Shown: in pieces, positions 48,966-63,085 of the stretch
Layout: each line of letters begins with the position of its first letter
How positions within the stretch are numbered: the stretch's first letter is position 1
Assembly (NCBI RefSeq): GCF_000002075.1
Contig: NW_004797388.1
Location: forward strand, 689,169-753,168
Source of the DNA: Aplysia californica
Taxonomy: Eukaryota
Reading direction: 5' to 3'
DNA length: 64,000 bases
Made by a program: the position numbers and the translations under genes
The notes under the pieces: generated by a model
Database searches by the model: none
The model's input: only the letters and a program-made list of their open reading frames with translations
Told to the model about the DNA's origin: nothing

Positions 48966-49067
48966 GTAAATGATGTTTTTTGAGATATCGGAGAAAAAAA
49001 GGGAGACTTTCTTTTCCGTACATGCATTCAGCCTTTCCACATCATATCGTCTAATGGCAAATATTCT

Positions 49068-49095
49068 TAGAGAGAGAAAGAGGAAGAGAGAGAGA

Positions 49096-49149
<54 letters not shown>
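49068..49149. repeat. (AG)n microsatellite
   Basis: Seen directly. Confidence 0.95.
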
Positions 49150-49152
<3 letters not shown>

Positions 49153-50409
49153 TCGTGGTGAGCTCAGCCTCAAGAGAACAGAGATAGCTTCACATGTACG
49201 TGAGTGTTCGTTATGCTTTTTCTATCCAGTATCCAAAAACATGTAGATTAAGCAGACCAGCACCTCTGATGTAGCAGCCAGGTTTTATAAGCACTTCGCT
49301 ACTGCATGAAGGAAACCTGAGTTTATTCCCAAGTGGAGAAAACTTTTCTTTAATGGAGTATCCAGGTCTTTCTGCAGAGTTGGATGTTGTATGCCTCTCA
49401 GACTTGGTTGGCCCTGACAAGCAGGGTGGGAATTTTTCCTCCTTAATTACTTAAATTGTGTGGATCGAGGCGTAAAAATACCTACATTTAAAACCTGTCG
49501 GCAGAATGTTTTGTTTAAAATTTAAAGACCGCCGTAATTATAATGCTTTTTAAAAACGTTCCTTTTACTACATTGCGCTATGCCTTTCAGGCTCGCTTTG
49601 TGTCAGTCATTCCGTTGTTCAGACATTTAAAAAAGCACAAGTCATTGTTATTCAAACCTTGCAGCTCTTCGCGTATCACCTTTCCCCTTGTTTGTTCCAA
49701 TAATAGAAATTAGCACTGGTGACAAGCAGTAGACAGTAGGCTCATTGTTACAAGGAAGCGCCAGACGAAGCTGGGCGGGGCATTGACTTTTAATCGGAAT
49801 TGTATTTTTTTCAAAGAAAATTTGTAAGCCTTTTATCCTAGAAAAATACCGCACAATATTTTAATCAAGTGAGCTCTCTGAGCAGGTGTCTCGACTTGCA
49901 CTGTTGCACACTCTGGCTCCAAGCTATGTTGCGAGGAGACATTAATTGCTGCTAAGTCGCTGAGCTGAAACGTGGCCCTTCTGGGATCTATTTCAAGCTC
50001 TAGAGAAAGTTATATTCTTAGCCTTTATTTAAATTTAAGAAATTAAACAAATCAACATATAAAAAAAAAACCAAGACAGAATCAGCCGTCTTCACACTCA
50101 ATGCTGGAAGTGCATGCTTTACTGACGTTCATGTGCCGCTGATAAGGAGTTTCCAAAAGTGATTTCAGAACAACGATCTCGAGAAGCAGTAAGTTAAATC
50201 TATTGTTATATTGTTAATAACTCTTTAAATGGAACGTAATGCATAGTTTGTATACAACCAGGTCTCTGTATGTATTTTTGAATGACATTTAGACTTAAAA
50301 GTTGTTGAAATGTACACCACATATGTCCTACTGAGTTTGATATTAAAACAAGCACGCTCTTTTTCTTTTTTTTTTCTCTTTTTTTTTTGGGGGGGGGGGG
50401 TAGATCGAC

Positions 50410-50917
50410 GTGTTTTACGGCGCACGCAACAGCATACGGTCATGTGTGAGCGCGCGGGACACATTAAACATTTTCAGTTTGTAGGACATTCTGAATTTTG
50501 TCCTGATGGCGGCCGAAGCCTACTCTTATCAATTCTGGACCACCCAGGGATCTTAAACGGGTTCAACTTGCATCCGAGACTTCCGAGATTTTTCGCCCTA
50601 ATCCGAGAAGGCTAGGTGTGGATTTTATCTACCATAAGATCAGGGGTGTGACTGAAAGACAGCAGTGAGAAGAAGCCAATGAGAGGCAGTAAAAAGGTTG
50701 CAGAAAGAGTCGGGAGCCCTGAGGAGAGGGCAAAGGAGGTGAAGGGGTGAGGGCAGAAAGAGGAGACGAAAGCAGACAACAGAACATTGTTAGAGAGCAG
50801 GAAAATATGTGAAAGGAGAACATTTCAGATAAGAAAATGTTCCGTCGCTATCCAGATTCGAACCCGGGACCATTGACCAAGAGGCGAACACATTAACCTC
50901 TTGGCCACGAGAGCCCC
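50410..50917 (-). mobile_element. tRNA-derived SINE, family B
   Basis: Colinear with 1940-2420; B box ggttcgaatc on the minus strand. Confidence 0.82.
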
Positions 50918-52133
50918 TAATTAACGCGCTAAGAACGAAGCGGACACATAAGTCCGATCTGCAGGGCAGCAAAATATTTCAAAGCATTTTACAAAGACCA
51001 GTACTACGAAGCTGCATATATTTCAAATTATGCTAGTTGTTGCTTACCGTTTCAGGTTTTCGATAAAGGAAACAGAATTGAAAAAATCTGTTATGACATC
51101 GAGGTTATGCCCAAAAACATCTTATCTTCAGGCAATGTCATATGGTATGAACGCGTGTCCTCAAAAAGTTAACAGTCAGTTCGTGCAAGGGAAAAAGAAA
51201 ACAGACAAGAATGACAGAACGAAAGGAATGAAGTAGGACTAACAAGTGGCGCCCACCAACCACCACATTACAGTAAGCCCAGTGCCTCACTCCGATAAAA
51301 CAGTTGGCCAACGGTCCTTTCAGTGAGTTGCAGACAAGGAAGCCTGCTGACCTAAAGCAGCACAATCTTATCTTGAGCTGTGCTTCTCTTATTTTCATTG
51401 TTCTCCTCTCAACGACGAAACCGCAGGCCAACTGTTTTTGCCGAAGTGCGGCACTAAGCAAATAGTGAATATTTGGCCAAGACGATGTTGTGGAATAGAA
51501 AAGTGCCGAAAGATTATTTCGCCTTCTATGTCGAAGGTCCGTCGTTTACTGTATCGAGGTCGAGGTATCCTGTAAAACGACGTCTCGCGATTTCTTGACT
51601 AATAGTGTGTGTGCTGTTGGGCAAAAGAGAGAACATTTCTTCCTTCACGAAAATATTAAGAATAATCAACTTACAGTGACCGAGTGTTTAGTGAGTTCAG
51701 GCTCACAATAAATTTCAAACATACGTCGGTGACACAGCGCTTAGGTGGGTGGTCACAGGGATGTGTCCTTGAGCGAGACATTATAACCCTTGCTTAAAAA
51801 AATCCAGGGCCCTTGACAACGACGACCAGCAATGGTCTGTGTGTTTGTTGCATGTCTGTGTGTTTCAGTATGTTTATATCTGTGTATCTATGTACTAATG
51901 CACGAGGTCTGTCTCAGAAGTAAGTTTATCTCTTCTTTAAAATCAACCATAATTTTCTTTTTACAGACTTGAAATTTTGTGCATATCTACACAAACACGT
52001 TTTCTGTTCTAACCACGTATTGTATTTAGGCGTGTATAATATATTTTACTCCATTATTAACCAAAGTTCCCCAAGAGGATCAATAAAATATAATTATTTG
52101 ATATAGAATATGTTTTAATGTTGTCATTCACAG

Positions 52134-53761
52134 TGTCCAAGCCACGCCCCCTGTTTGCTGGGGCGAGGGAAGCCCTTCGGAGCTCCCAGTCGCTGAAAGC
52201 GAAAACTCTGGTAGTCAGCTGTATGGCGTTTATAATGCCTATCAGCGCCTCCTCCTACTTCGGAAACATCCTGATCTACCTCTACACCTACTACCACGCT
52301 CATCAGTCGGACATCTACATAGACTCGTTGTGGATCCTCACCACGTACAGGGTACTGGTGCCTCTTGGAATGCTCACCTCAAGCTTTGTGGGCAGATCCA
52401 TTGGCAACTTTCGTGCTGTGGCCTTGTTTGTTACATTGAAAGTTACTGGTGCGTTTATAAGTTTCTATACCATTGTAAATCCGATTGCTCTGCTGGTGAC
52501 ATTTGGTGCTCTGCAAGGATTCTGCGCTGGATGTTTATATAATTTAAGCTGGAAAATATGCGACAGTGGCATTGGCACTCACTCAGCGTTATCTAAGGGC
52601 GTTATGGCTTCCGGGAGTAGTCTCGGTGCCCTCGTCATTACAGGGTTGTCGTTCCTGGTTGTGAATCCGCACAACGAGCCGAGTGACGCGAGCGACGGGG
52701 GGATGAGGTACTTCACCAACCCAGCCATCGTGGAGCGAGTGCCCTACTTCTTCATAATGTTGGGTGCCTTCGGCAGTTTCATTCTCTATGGTGGTCTAGC
52801 GCTGTTATATATTTCTCAACGAATAAAGCCCGCGGAATCGGTGAATGAAGGTGGAGTAGAAGGAAAAGAAGAAAAAGAAACACTCCACATTGCAAATGGG
52901 GAAGAGGAAGACACCCTTTCCCAATCTGATTCAGAATTGACGAATTGCAATAAAAGAGCAAGGGACAAACCCGAATATGGGACACTGGAAAGAAAAAATG
53001 GCTGTCACTCCCAGCCCTCGACAATACAACGTGGGAGCGACGAGAGGTCAGGGGTCAGCAGAAGAGTTCCACAACCCCAGAACGAAAGTAAAACGCCAGT
53101 GCTGCAACACGGACAAAGGAAGGACTCAGAACCCACAGGAAATGGCTGTCATAAGTCAAATGCTTCTACTTACGGGCTTTCCCCGAATGAAGTACTGAGG
53201 ACTCAATCCTTCTGGGTCTTATGGATTCTTCATTTCCTCTTGAGTATCACCATGTTCATTCACTCAAGCCTGTTCAAAGAATTTGGGGAAAGCTACCTTC
53301 ACAACGACGCCCTGCTTACCATCACTGGTGTTTTGGGTCTCTTTTCGATGATGATTACGCGACCTTTTAACGGGATTTTTGTGGATAGGATGGGCTCCAG
53401 GGCAGGCCTTCTTCTAACTGGCGGCCTCTCGGCGATCTTCATCAACCTAATGATGGTGAGCCTGTACATATACCCGCCAATGTACGTGCTCTGGGTGGTG
53501 TGCGCGTTCTCGAGCGTGACCACGGTGTACACCCAGTTCCACTACTCCGTGCGAGAGATGTACGGGCCGGCCTACTACAGCACAAACGTCGCTCTCGTCT
53601 TCACGGCCTCTATTCCTGTATCTATACTCCTGCCGGCCATCGTGCCCTACCTCGTGGCCACACTAGGGTGGATGTACATGTTTCTCATTGCTGCAGCTTG
53701 CGCCTTTGTCTCCTTTGCCTTGTCGTGGACAATGCCTGCAAGAGGAATGGTCAAACTTTAA
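52134..53761 (+). CDS. Major facilitator superfamily transporter, oxalate:formate antiporter (OxlT)/MCT-like; one large coding exon
   Basis: About 540-aa ORF with two blocks of ~6 hydrophobic helices separated by a long hydrophilic loop; MFS motif-A-like GIFVDRMGSR; YFGNILIYL; EMYGPAYYSTN. The ORF-track start MLSFT overlaps an acceptor (ttcacag|52134), so the true start probably depends on splicing. Confidence 0.85.
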
Positions 53762-54592
53762 AACCCCTCCATTGCAGAGACGTATCCATCAGCGTTTGTA
53801 CAGAGGATATCAAAAGTTCATTCAACGGAGATTACAACAGTGCAATAGCGGTGTCAGCTACTGACAACAGATTCTTAGAACCCAAACACAAAAGTACAGA
53901 ACATGCGGCGAGGGTCACTTTTCCTTCTTTGGTCCCCATATAAAATTAATCATAACGTTGAACTGTTACTTTTTCTGGAACATGCCTTGCGGTGAGACTG
54001 AAGAAATTGCGAGTGAGATTGGGAGGAGGAACAGAGAGAGAGGGGGNNNNNNNNNNNNNNNNNNNNNNNNNNNNNNNNNNNNNNNNNNNNNNNNNNNNNN
54101 NNNNNNNNNNNNNNNNNNNNNNNNNNNNNNNNNNNNNNNNNNNNNNNNNNNNNNNNNNNNNNNNNNNNNNNNNNNNNNNNNNNNNNNNNNNNNNNNNNNN
54201 NNNNNNNNNNNNNNNNNNNNNNNNNNNNNNNNNNNNNNNNNNNNNNNNNNNNNNNNNNNCCTGTCTATAGAAAACGAACGTTTCTTTCTCGCCATTCAAG
54301 TTTCAGTTTTATTGTTGTAGTCCTTAATGAGTTTTTATTGTATTCTACTTTTTTAGTGCACGCATTGCATGGCTCACTGCGTGACTAACTTTCTCATAAA
54401 AATGTTATTAAACATTTACGAAATATAAACAAAATATTTTGTTCGGCGCCCAGTCCTGCTGTCCAGGTATTTTTAAATATGATATCTCTTTGAATGTAAT
54501 GCATATCGAGCATTTTTTTTTTTAGAAAATGGAAATGCGCGGCATAGAATCTAAATGCTATCAATCATTAAACAATTTTTATTTATTATAAT

Positions 54593-54593
54593 A

Positions 54594-54650
<57 letters not shown>

Positions 54651-54651
54651 T
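54593..54651. repeat. (ATT)n microsatellite
   Basis: Seen directly. Confidence 0.95.
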
Positions 54652-54988
54652 ATGGACAGCGGGGAAAATAATTAGAGAAATGCTCCAAATGGTAGGATGT
54701 GAAAGATCCATAATCAGAACCATTAGAAAATGACAATTGAGATTCTTTGGTCACATAAATAGATCTAATGGACTTAAGAATCTGCTTCTATGTGGAAAGA
54801 TAAACGGAACGAAAGGCAGAGGAAGACAAAGAACATCATACACAGATGGCCTGAACAACTTTGAAACGAATGACACAAAGAGAAAAACTGTGCTGATCAA
54901 GATCTTACGAAGACTGACAACAAGAAGGAAAGAGGTACCATGATCGTCAATATCCACTCCAGACCTGACACCTGAAAAGGAAGAAGAT
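54652..54988 (+). mobile_element. RTE LINE 3' fragment
   Basis: RFFGHINRSNGLKNLLLCGKINGTKGRGRQR, similar to the 31162 copy. Confidence 0.8.
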
Positions 54989-55359
54989 AAAATCTTTCTC
55001 CTTATTTAAGAAAATAGGACTGTATAGGTATAATAACGTTTGAGTTAGCTTCCCCTCTGAACCAGTAAACAAATGAGCAGAGAACCAGTTTCCGAGAACA
55101 CAAGCGAGGATACTGTAGTTAAGAGGTTAACACAAACGTTTTGAATTGCATATTTTTAATATCCTTGGTGCTATTATTACAAAGCACAAGTCCGATTTTT
55201 TAAAAGTTAGTAGATCTATATCGTTCTATCTGCAGGAGAAGATGTTTACAAGACCGCAGATCCTGAGCCTACCAAAATGCAATTATAGAATAAAATGAAT
55301 AAATAAATTTTTAAGAATCTGAAAGAAAGGAAAATCAGGGATTTTTTGTTTCGTCTGTC

Positions 55360-55398
<39 letters not shown>

Positions 55399-55407
55399 CG
55401 TTGCTGC

Positions 55408-55437
<30 letters not shown>
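55360..55437. repeat. (GTT)n microsatellite
   Basis: Seen directly. Confidence 0.95.
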
Positions 55438-55439
<2 letters not shown>

Positions 55440-56467
55440 TCCTCATATTGAATTAGATATCTATTCCTTAGACAGTAAAGAATTACAACGCCGCCTGTGG
55501 TGTAGTGGTCAGGCGTGCTGTCATCACGCATTAGAAAGACTTGAGTTCGATGCTTGTGTAAAAAGAATTTTTATCGAGTGTCTCGGTCTGTCTGTAGGGA
55601 TGTTGTATCCTTCCAACCTGGGTTGGCGCTGAGAGACAGGGTCAAAACTCGCCGCCTGAATGATCTAAATTATGTCGATGGAGGGCTAAAAACACTTTAT
55701 AAAAAAATCTCTACTCATGTTCAAGTACACGAAACTACATATTTTAAATAACAACAGGGTTTAATTTTAATGCGTGTCTCTTCTTGCAAATGCTTGGGCT
55801 TTTTTTCACGAAATATGGAGACCGTCCTTTGTTTTGTTTTTCATTTAGGGCCTGTTTCTCCTGAGGTGCGAAATCTTCAGTTTTTGGTTGGGGTGTTTGT
55901 GTTTTTTTCTTCTGGTGGGGGAGGGGGGGGGCTTTGTTGTTTGTTTGTTGTTTTGTTTTTGTTGGTTTATTTATTTAGTTGGGGGGGGGGGGGGTGTTGT
56001 CACGTTATAATTATTGAACCCTTATTCTAATGTTAGTTTTCTCAAGAGGCGGAACCTCCGAATTTAACATTTGTCTCTCGGTATGACCGAGTCTAAAGGG
56101 TTGAGAGCCTTGAAATGTCAAGAACGCTCAGTCGGGATTCGAAACATGGCCCTCTGCTCTGTTGTTCAAGTGATACCAGAAAAGTTATCAGGGCACCCCT
56201 TTAAAAACTATAAAAACATGAAGATACAGCGTCTGTGAAAAAAAAGTTACCCACTTTATTTTTAAAACTGCTTTACACATTTGTCAGGACAGAATACGCG
56301 AGTTGGCTCAAAGCCGACGTTTAAAATTAATTTTTTTAATTGACTAAGAACACACCTACCAGACCAGAGAAGTTACACATTATAGTACTAGATCTGTAAT
56401 AATATAACCCATTTGCATCAGCCTGATAATGACCAACATAATCTGAACACACTACCCCCCCCCCTCT

Positions 56468-59205
56468 TTCGGATTGGATCGTGGAACGTTAGGACCCTTT
56501 ATAAGGCTGGAAAAACTGCACAGGTCCTCCAACAAGAGATGCACCGATACCAACTACACATACAGGGAATCAGAGACGCCCACTTGAATCAGTCTTGATA
56601 AAAGCGAATTAAAGAGGGCGAGCTTGTCATTTATTCAGGAAATGACAGCGAAGGACCACACAGGGAAGAAGAGGGGATGATCATATCCAAAACATTTTTT
56701 AAAAGACATTCCCGGGCTGGGAAGCGGACGGTCCAAGGATAATTATGGTCTCATTTGAAAGTAAGAAAGAACTCAAGGAAAGAGATGGCAGGAAGGAGGT
56801 CATAAACAGGAAAAGCATACAAGTGTATGCCCCAACCAATGATGCAGAAAAGGAGAATAAAGATGACTTCTACAACCGCCTGCAGAGTGTGATCGACAAA
56901 CGTCCAGGTAAGGACATCACCATTGTCATGGTAGACCTAAAAGCAAAGGTAGGATCAGACACTCGTCACTGTGAGAAAGTCATGGGCAAACATGGATTAG
57001 GAGAGGCAAAAAATAACGGGGAACGATTCCAGAACTTCCGTGCATTCAAAAACTTTGGAAGAACAATCTTCCCTCATAAAAGGATGTATAAGGTCACTTG
57101 GGTCTCCGAGGATGGAACAACGGAAAACCAGATTTACCTTTTTTTTTGTATTTCCCGAAAGTTTACACTTTCAACGTTAATGGCGGACGTCCGAGTCTTA
57201 CGAGGAGCAGACGTCGCATCGGACCACCATTTGATCCTTGGAATGTTGACCTGAAACTAAAAGGTTATGCACAAGTCACAACTGGAAGTCGTCAAAAGTA
57301 TGAAGTGAGCCTTCTGAAAGACCAAGTAAAAAAGAATGAATTCAAGCTGGAACTGAAAAACAGATTTCAAGTCCTTCAAGATCTGGATTGATGTGAAATA
57401 AACGAACACTGGGACAAGAAAAAAGAGGCAATAAATGCAACTTGCCAGAGAACCCTAGGACCCAAAGTCAACTCCAGGAATAAATGGATTTCACAGGACT
57501 CTTTAGACAAAGTCAAAGGAAGAAGAGAGCTGAAGGCTAAAGTCAACAACAAACGCATCCAAACTGAGAAACTCGCTGCACAACAAGAGTACACCGAAGT
57601 AAACCGGGAAGTAAAGAAATCCATCAAAAAGGACAAGAAGACCTACCCGAATGTCCTAGCCGAAAAGGCAGAGAAAGCAGAAACAGACGGAGACTTGCGG
57701 ATTGTACACCAGACAACAAAAACTCTTTCAGGTAGGTTCGGCAAGCCCACTTACCAGTGAAAGACAAAGAGGGAAAGACTATCTTCAAGCAAATTAACCC
57801 ATGGAGAGAACACTTTGATCAACTAGTGAACAGAAAACCAACCAGAATTTCTTCCAGCCAGAAATGACCTCTCAATAGTTACGGAACCACATTCGAGAGA
57901 AGAAATTTATTGCTGCAGCCATAACATCACTTAAGTCCCACATGGCAGCTGGTCCCAACAATCCCCTGAAGCCCTTAAGGCAGATAAAGATACATCAGTG
58001 GACCGTGGAAATTGTCTATGCTCTATTCTAAAACGTTTGGTAAGAAGAGGAAATACTATCAGACTGGAAGGAAAGCCGTGTAATAAAGCTGCCAAAGAAG
58101 GGAGACCTCGGCAACTGTAACATCTATAGAGGCATAACACTCCTGTCCATACCTGGGGAAGTCTTTAACAGAATACTCCTGGAGAGAATCAAGCTGGCAA
58201 CAGACGAGAACCTCCGTGGAAACCAGGCAGGATTCCGCAAAAACCGATCGTGTGCGGACCATATAGCTACTCTGCGCATCATTGTTAAGCCAATGCTTGA
58301 ATGCAATTCACCACTCGTGATCAACTTCATTGATTATAAAAAGGCATTTGACAGCGTGGACAGGGAAACTCTGTGGAGACTCGTGCGGCATTATGGAATA
58401 CCTGACATACGAAATCGTCAAGCTTGTGAAGGCCACCTATGATGGAACATACTTCCACGTCTTCCACGAAGGACAACTCTCAGAACAATTCCAAGTACAG
58501 ACAAGAGTGCGACAAGGATGCTTGCTCTCACCTTTTCTCTTCATACTGGCAATTGACTGGGCCATGAAAGAAACCCCCAGAGGCAAGCGCAATGGAATAC
58601 AGTGGATCCCTTGGCAGCAGCTGGACGATTTGGACTTCACCGATGACTTTGCACTGCTCTCTCACACACATGCTCGGATTCTAGAAAAAAAGCAAGGAGC
58701 TCAACAGCCTATCAAGGAGTGTTAGCCTACGTATACATCCGGGCAAGTCGAATGTAGTGAGACTGGGGAAAGTTTCAAGCCCTGCTATGATAGTGGAAGA
58801 CACTCCCTTGGAAGAAGTGGACTCCTTTACCTACTTTGGAATTGCCATCAATGAAAAAGGTGGAACCGAGACAGCTGTAAAAGCAAAAACCGCCAAGGCA
58901 AGGTCAGCATTCAATCAATTATCAAAAGTCTGAAAAGCAAGCAACATTTCACTGCGCACCAAGATTCGACTCTTTAACACCAATGTCAAGTCTGTGCTCC
59001 ACTACGGCTGCGAAACTTGGAAGACAACGAAGACAGTACAGAATAAAGTCCAAACTTGTGTCAACAGATGTATGAGGAGTATCCTAAGAATTAAGGGGCA
59101 GGAAAGAATAAGAAATGTAGAAGAATGGCCCAGGACAGAGATACATGGAAGGAGCGTGTATGTGGCCTATACGCTGTTAGTGGTGAAAGGCATTGATGAT
59201 GATGA
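56468..59205 (+). mobile_element. Near-full-length degraded RTE-clade LINE with an internal deletion near the 3' end
   Basis: RIGSWNVRTL, VYAPTNDAE, ASDHHL, VRQGCLLSPFLF, LDDLDFTDD, LHYGCETW; (GAT)n tail; TSD-like actacccc...ctct on both sides. Confidence 0.95.
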
Positions 59206-59338
59206 CTACCCCCTCTAGTATTCTTTTTCCTTTTCTTTTCTGCACATTAAACATCTATATTAGAAATGCTAAGTTTTACCATTGCAACTCAAAAACTGAC
59301 ACCGAAACTACAATCATATATACGGATATACTCTTACG

Positions 59339-59368
59339 ACTACTACTACTACTATTACTACTACTAAA

Positions 59369-59421
<53 letters not shown>

Positions 59422-60160
59422 NNNNNNNNNNNNNNNNNNNNNNNNNNNNNNNNNNNNNNNNNNNNNNNNNNNNNNNNNNNNNNNNNNNNNNNNNNNNNNN
59501 NNNNNNNNNNNNNNNNNNNNNNNNNNNNNNNNNNNNNNNNNNNNNNNNNNNNNNNNNNNNNNNNNNNNNNNNNNNNNNNNNNNNNNNNNNNNNNNNNNNN
59601 NNNNNNNNNNNNNNNNNNNNNNNNNNNNNNNNNNNNNNNNNNNNNNNNNNNNNNNNNNNNNNNNNNNNNNNNNNNNNNNNNNNNNNNNNNNNNNNNNNNN
59701 NNNNNNNNNNNNNNNNNNNNNNNNNNNNNNNNNNNNNNNNNNNNNNNNNNNNNNNNNNNNNNNNNNNNNNNNNNNNNNNNNNNNNNNNNNNNNNNNNNNN
59801 NNNNNNNNNNNNNNNNNNNNNNNNNNNNNNNNNNNNNNNNNNNNNNNNNNNNNNNNNNNNNNNNNNNNNNNNNNNNNNNNNNNNNNNNNNNNNNNNNNNN
59901 NNNNNNNNNNNNNNNNNNNNNNNNNNNNNNNNNNNNNNNNNNNNNNNNNNNNNNNNNNNNNNNNNNNNNNNNNNNNNNNNNNNNNNNNNNNNNNNNNNNN
60001 NNNNNNNNNNNNNNNNNNNNNNNNNNNNNNNNNNNNNNNNNNNNNNNNNNNNNNNNNNNNNNNNNNNNNNNNNNNNNNNNNNNNNNNNNNNNNNNNNAGA
60101 AGAAGAAGAAGAAGAAGAAGAAGAAGAAGAAGAAGAAGAAGAAAAAGAAGAACAAGAAGA
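59339..60160. repeat. (CTA)n and (GAA)n microsatellites flanking an assembly gap
   Basis: Seen directly; Ns at 59422-60097. Confidence 0.9.
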
Positions 60161-60477
60161 ATTTGACCATCGTGAACAAGTCACGTGGTTTAACATCCAA
60201 GCAGGAAGAAAAGTTATAGACCTTGCCTTATACCAAAGGAAGGTTAGCATGGGAATATACCAGCAAACAACTTCTCGTAATGATCACTAACGCCATAACT
60301 CGCCCCATATAGCAGCGCCTTTCCCTTTCCTGGAGTTGTGTGCAGATCTCCCTAATAAATATATTTTTTTGTTCAGTTGGTTAAACCTAGATAAATAGAT
60401 CTATTCCTTTTAGAAGAAACAGATGTCAAACAGAGCATTTTGTGGTCTGTTGGGTCAGTGTCAATGTCAGTATAACG

Positions 60478-60917
60478 TAGGAGGCATCGTGATGAAATCA
60501 GTCGCTCGTCAAAATAATGAAATCAAAGAAACCAGCATTTTTCTTCCAATTTTAAATTGTTTTGGCCTAAAAAAACCTTCATGGCTATTTAAAACCACAT
60601 TTTTGTGTAGGTTTTTACTGAAAACACCGTAGATCAAAGCCACACAAATGTAAATTTGCAGTTTCCTAGGACACTCAAGCTTTAGAAAACATCAAACTTT
60701 GACGGCAATTTTCTCTCGCTAATTTTACCTCTGACACCAGGCGACCCCCATCTCCTTCAATGACCAATAATGTCTCGATTTCTGTTCAAGACTGATGTGT
60801 ATTTCTTCAAAAGCAAGACAAAATTAATGAACAAACTTTAAGATGATGCCAATAACTCTCTATATCCAAAAAAAACTGACGAGTGCCTGAGGCTGATCCC
60901 ACCGCGTTGTCACACAT
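60478..60917. mobile_element. MITE, same family as 62657-63085
   Basis: Reverse-complement similarity along most of its length. Confidence 0.75.
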
Positions 60918-61636
60918 TAATTGCTTGTCTTGATTTTCGTTCCCTGGCCGCCTCAGCTGCTTTTACGGCCACATTAAAAGCGTGAGAGTGTGGCTGGGCG
61001 GGAAGGAGAAGAAGCGGAGAAGTGGGACAGAGATGAATTCCGTGGGAATGGCCACACTAAGAGCTGTTTCACGCGCGAGTCTCGCGATCTTGGATAGAGA
61101 ATATTCTTCGCTATGTTTCTACTCGCTCCCCGTTCGGCCTTGGCATTGCCGTGTTTTATTGCTTCTCCTACTCCTAACAATAGAGGTGTCTTGTGTCGCT
61201 TTCTGGCTGAGCCCACTTCTCTTGTGCTGTTCATCAAACAGTATCTCATTTCTACTTCCAGGAATAAGTTCAAGATCTGAAGTTCAATTTCAACTGACAC
61301 CACAATTTAAATTTATAATACAAATCTAATCAAATTGACATATCTAGAATGGAGGCCCACAAAACAGCTGAGTTTATTTCTTATATGCAAGACAAACCTC
61401 CTCTTTGGAAAATAGAGCATCATTACTATTATTACGAGACAAAAACAGAAAAGCTTAAGAAGAATTTGCACGTGAAACCGGCATTTCAGGTAAGTTATAT
61501 TTTTATAAACATACATTTTATTTTATGTATTCTCATTTGGAGCATAAAACGAAAGCACGAAAAAATAATTACATTGGAATGCCAACTTTGAAAATCTGTA
61601 CAAAGATAGTACTGGTAGTGGTAGAGGTGTTGATGG

Positions 61637-61637
<1 letters not shown>

Positions 61638-61690
<53 letters not shown>
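61638..61690. repeat. (AGT)n microsatellite
   Basis: Seen directly. Confidence 0.95.
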
Positions 61691-62656
61691 CATCACGATA
61701 TCTATAATTGGCCCGTAGAAATGACGCAATATAAGTGGTGAGGAAGAAGTTGCTGTTTGTGGTATGAAAGCAACACGGTAATCATTAATATTCCTATGTG
61801 ATAATCTAAAAGAACTTGTTTTTACAGAAAGTTTCAACTCAGACTGAGAGATAAATTACAAACCTAGCTACTAATACAGTAATACGATGACATTGTACAA
61901 GGTATGACATCATAAAGACATAATTAACATGCCAGATTATGCTGCCAGAACCAGATGGTCCCTGGACCATCTTTACACTTGACCCAATACCCCAGTCAAC
62001 ACACCAGTTTACTCATCAGTTCTTTCCCGCTGGGATTGCCGCTTATTTCCAGCTTGAGAACAGCAGCTCATAGTATGACCACCCCCAAGTTTGTCGCTCA
62101 TCGCTTGCTTCTTGCAAGCTGCAGTTCTTGCTTCGAGCTAGCTACAGCTATCACTTGTAATTGTAATGTGGTCGCACCCTTAGTAATATTTCCGGGGGAA
62201 GCCGAGTTAGTTGTTCGGTCTGCTGGGGTTAAAACAGTACATTGACATATAGTAAAGTGCATTGAGCATGCTATGGAGCAGGGTCACCTAACTACAGTCA
62301 CCTCACTAAAGTACAGCCAGCCCATGACAGGCAGATCGGGGTTCCCAAAGTCAGTTCGCCCTGCCTGCTGCCATGCTGGTAAAAAAGGAATCTGGAACTG
62401 TATGTTTGTAGAGTTCTCAGAACTTGGTCACCGTATTAATTCCAATATTTCATTGAACTGTGCAGTGCAAATAAAATGTACTTTTATAGACTTCATAAAG
62501 CTGTTGTATTGTTTTGTTTTGTTTTGTTTTGTTGGTGGTTGGCGGGTGCTCTGCTGTAGTCTATTATTTCTTTCCTATCAAACATTTGTTGTCCTAATCT
62601 CTCCTCCTTTTTGAGTTTGTTACTCTCTTGTAACACCTCTAATCTTCGGCACTTAT

Positions 62657-63085
62657 ATGTGAGGCAGTGTGGTGGAATCAGGCTCTCGTCAATTTTGGGG
62701 CATGTAGAGCTATTGGTATCATCTTGAAGCTTGTTCACTTTTCTTTATTTCAATGAACAAAATATCCATTTATCCTGAATAGAAGTCGAGATATTTGCCA
62801 ATGAAGGAGGTGGGGTCACCTGTTTTCAGAGGTAAAATTAGTGAGAAAATGGCCACCAAAGATTAGTTATTTCCTTAGCTTCATAGTCCGTGGTAACTGA
62901 AATTTACATTTTTTGTGCCTTTAATTAACGTTTTTAAGAAACAGAAATGAGTTCTTTAATGGGCATGAAAGGTGTTGAGCCAAAAAACAAAAATTTGATA
63001 AAGATTCACAAACCTGTGGAAAAATGCCAGTTTCTTCACTTTGATTATTTTTACGAGAGCCTGATTCCACCACGCTGCCTCACAT
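62657..63085. mobile_element. MITE nested inside a 185-bp retroelement copy
   Basis: 32-bp TIR tgtgaggcagtgtggtggaatcaggctctcgt; related copies at 60478-60917 (opposite orientation) and ~29130-29490. Confidence 0.85.

Noticed and set aside
53500-53943. Separate 147-aa overlapping gene
   Set aside because: Off-frame shadow of the GC3-rich MFS coding sequence with no recognisable motif.
60876-60900. Hammerhead ribozyme core (ctgacga...)
   Set aside because: No GAAA after stem II and no stems I/III; it lies within a MITE end.
60633-62913. One large 2.3-kb transposon with long TIRs
   Set aside because: Better explained by two separate, oppositely oriented copies of a ~430-bp MITE, each with its own TIRs.
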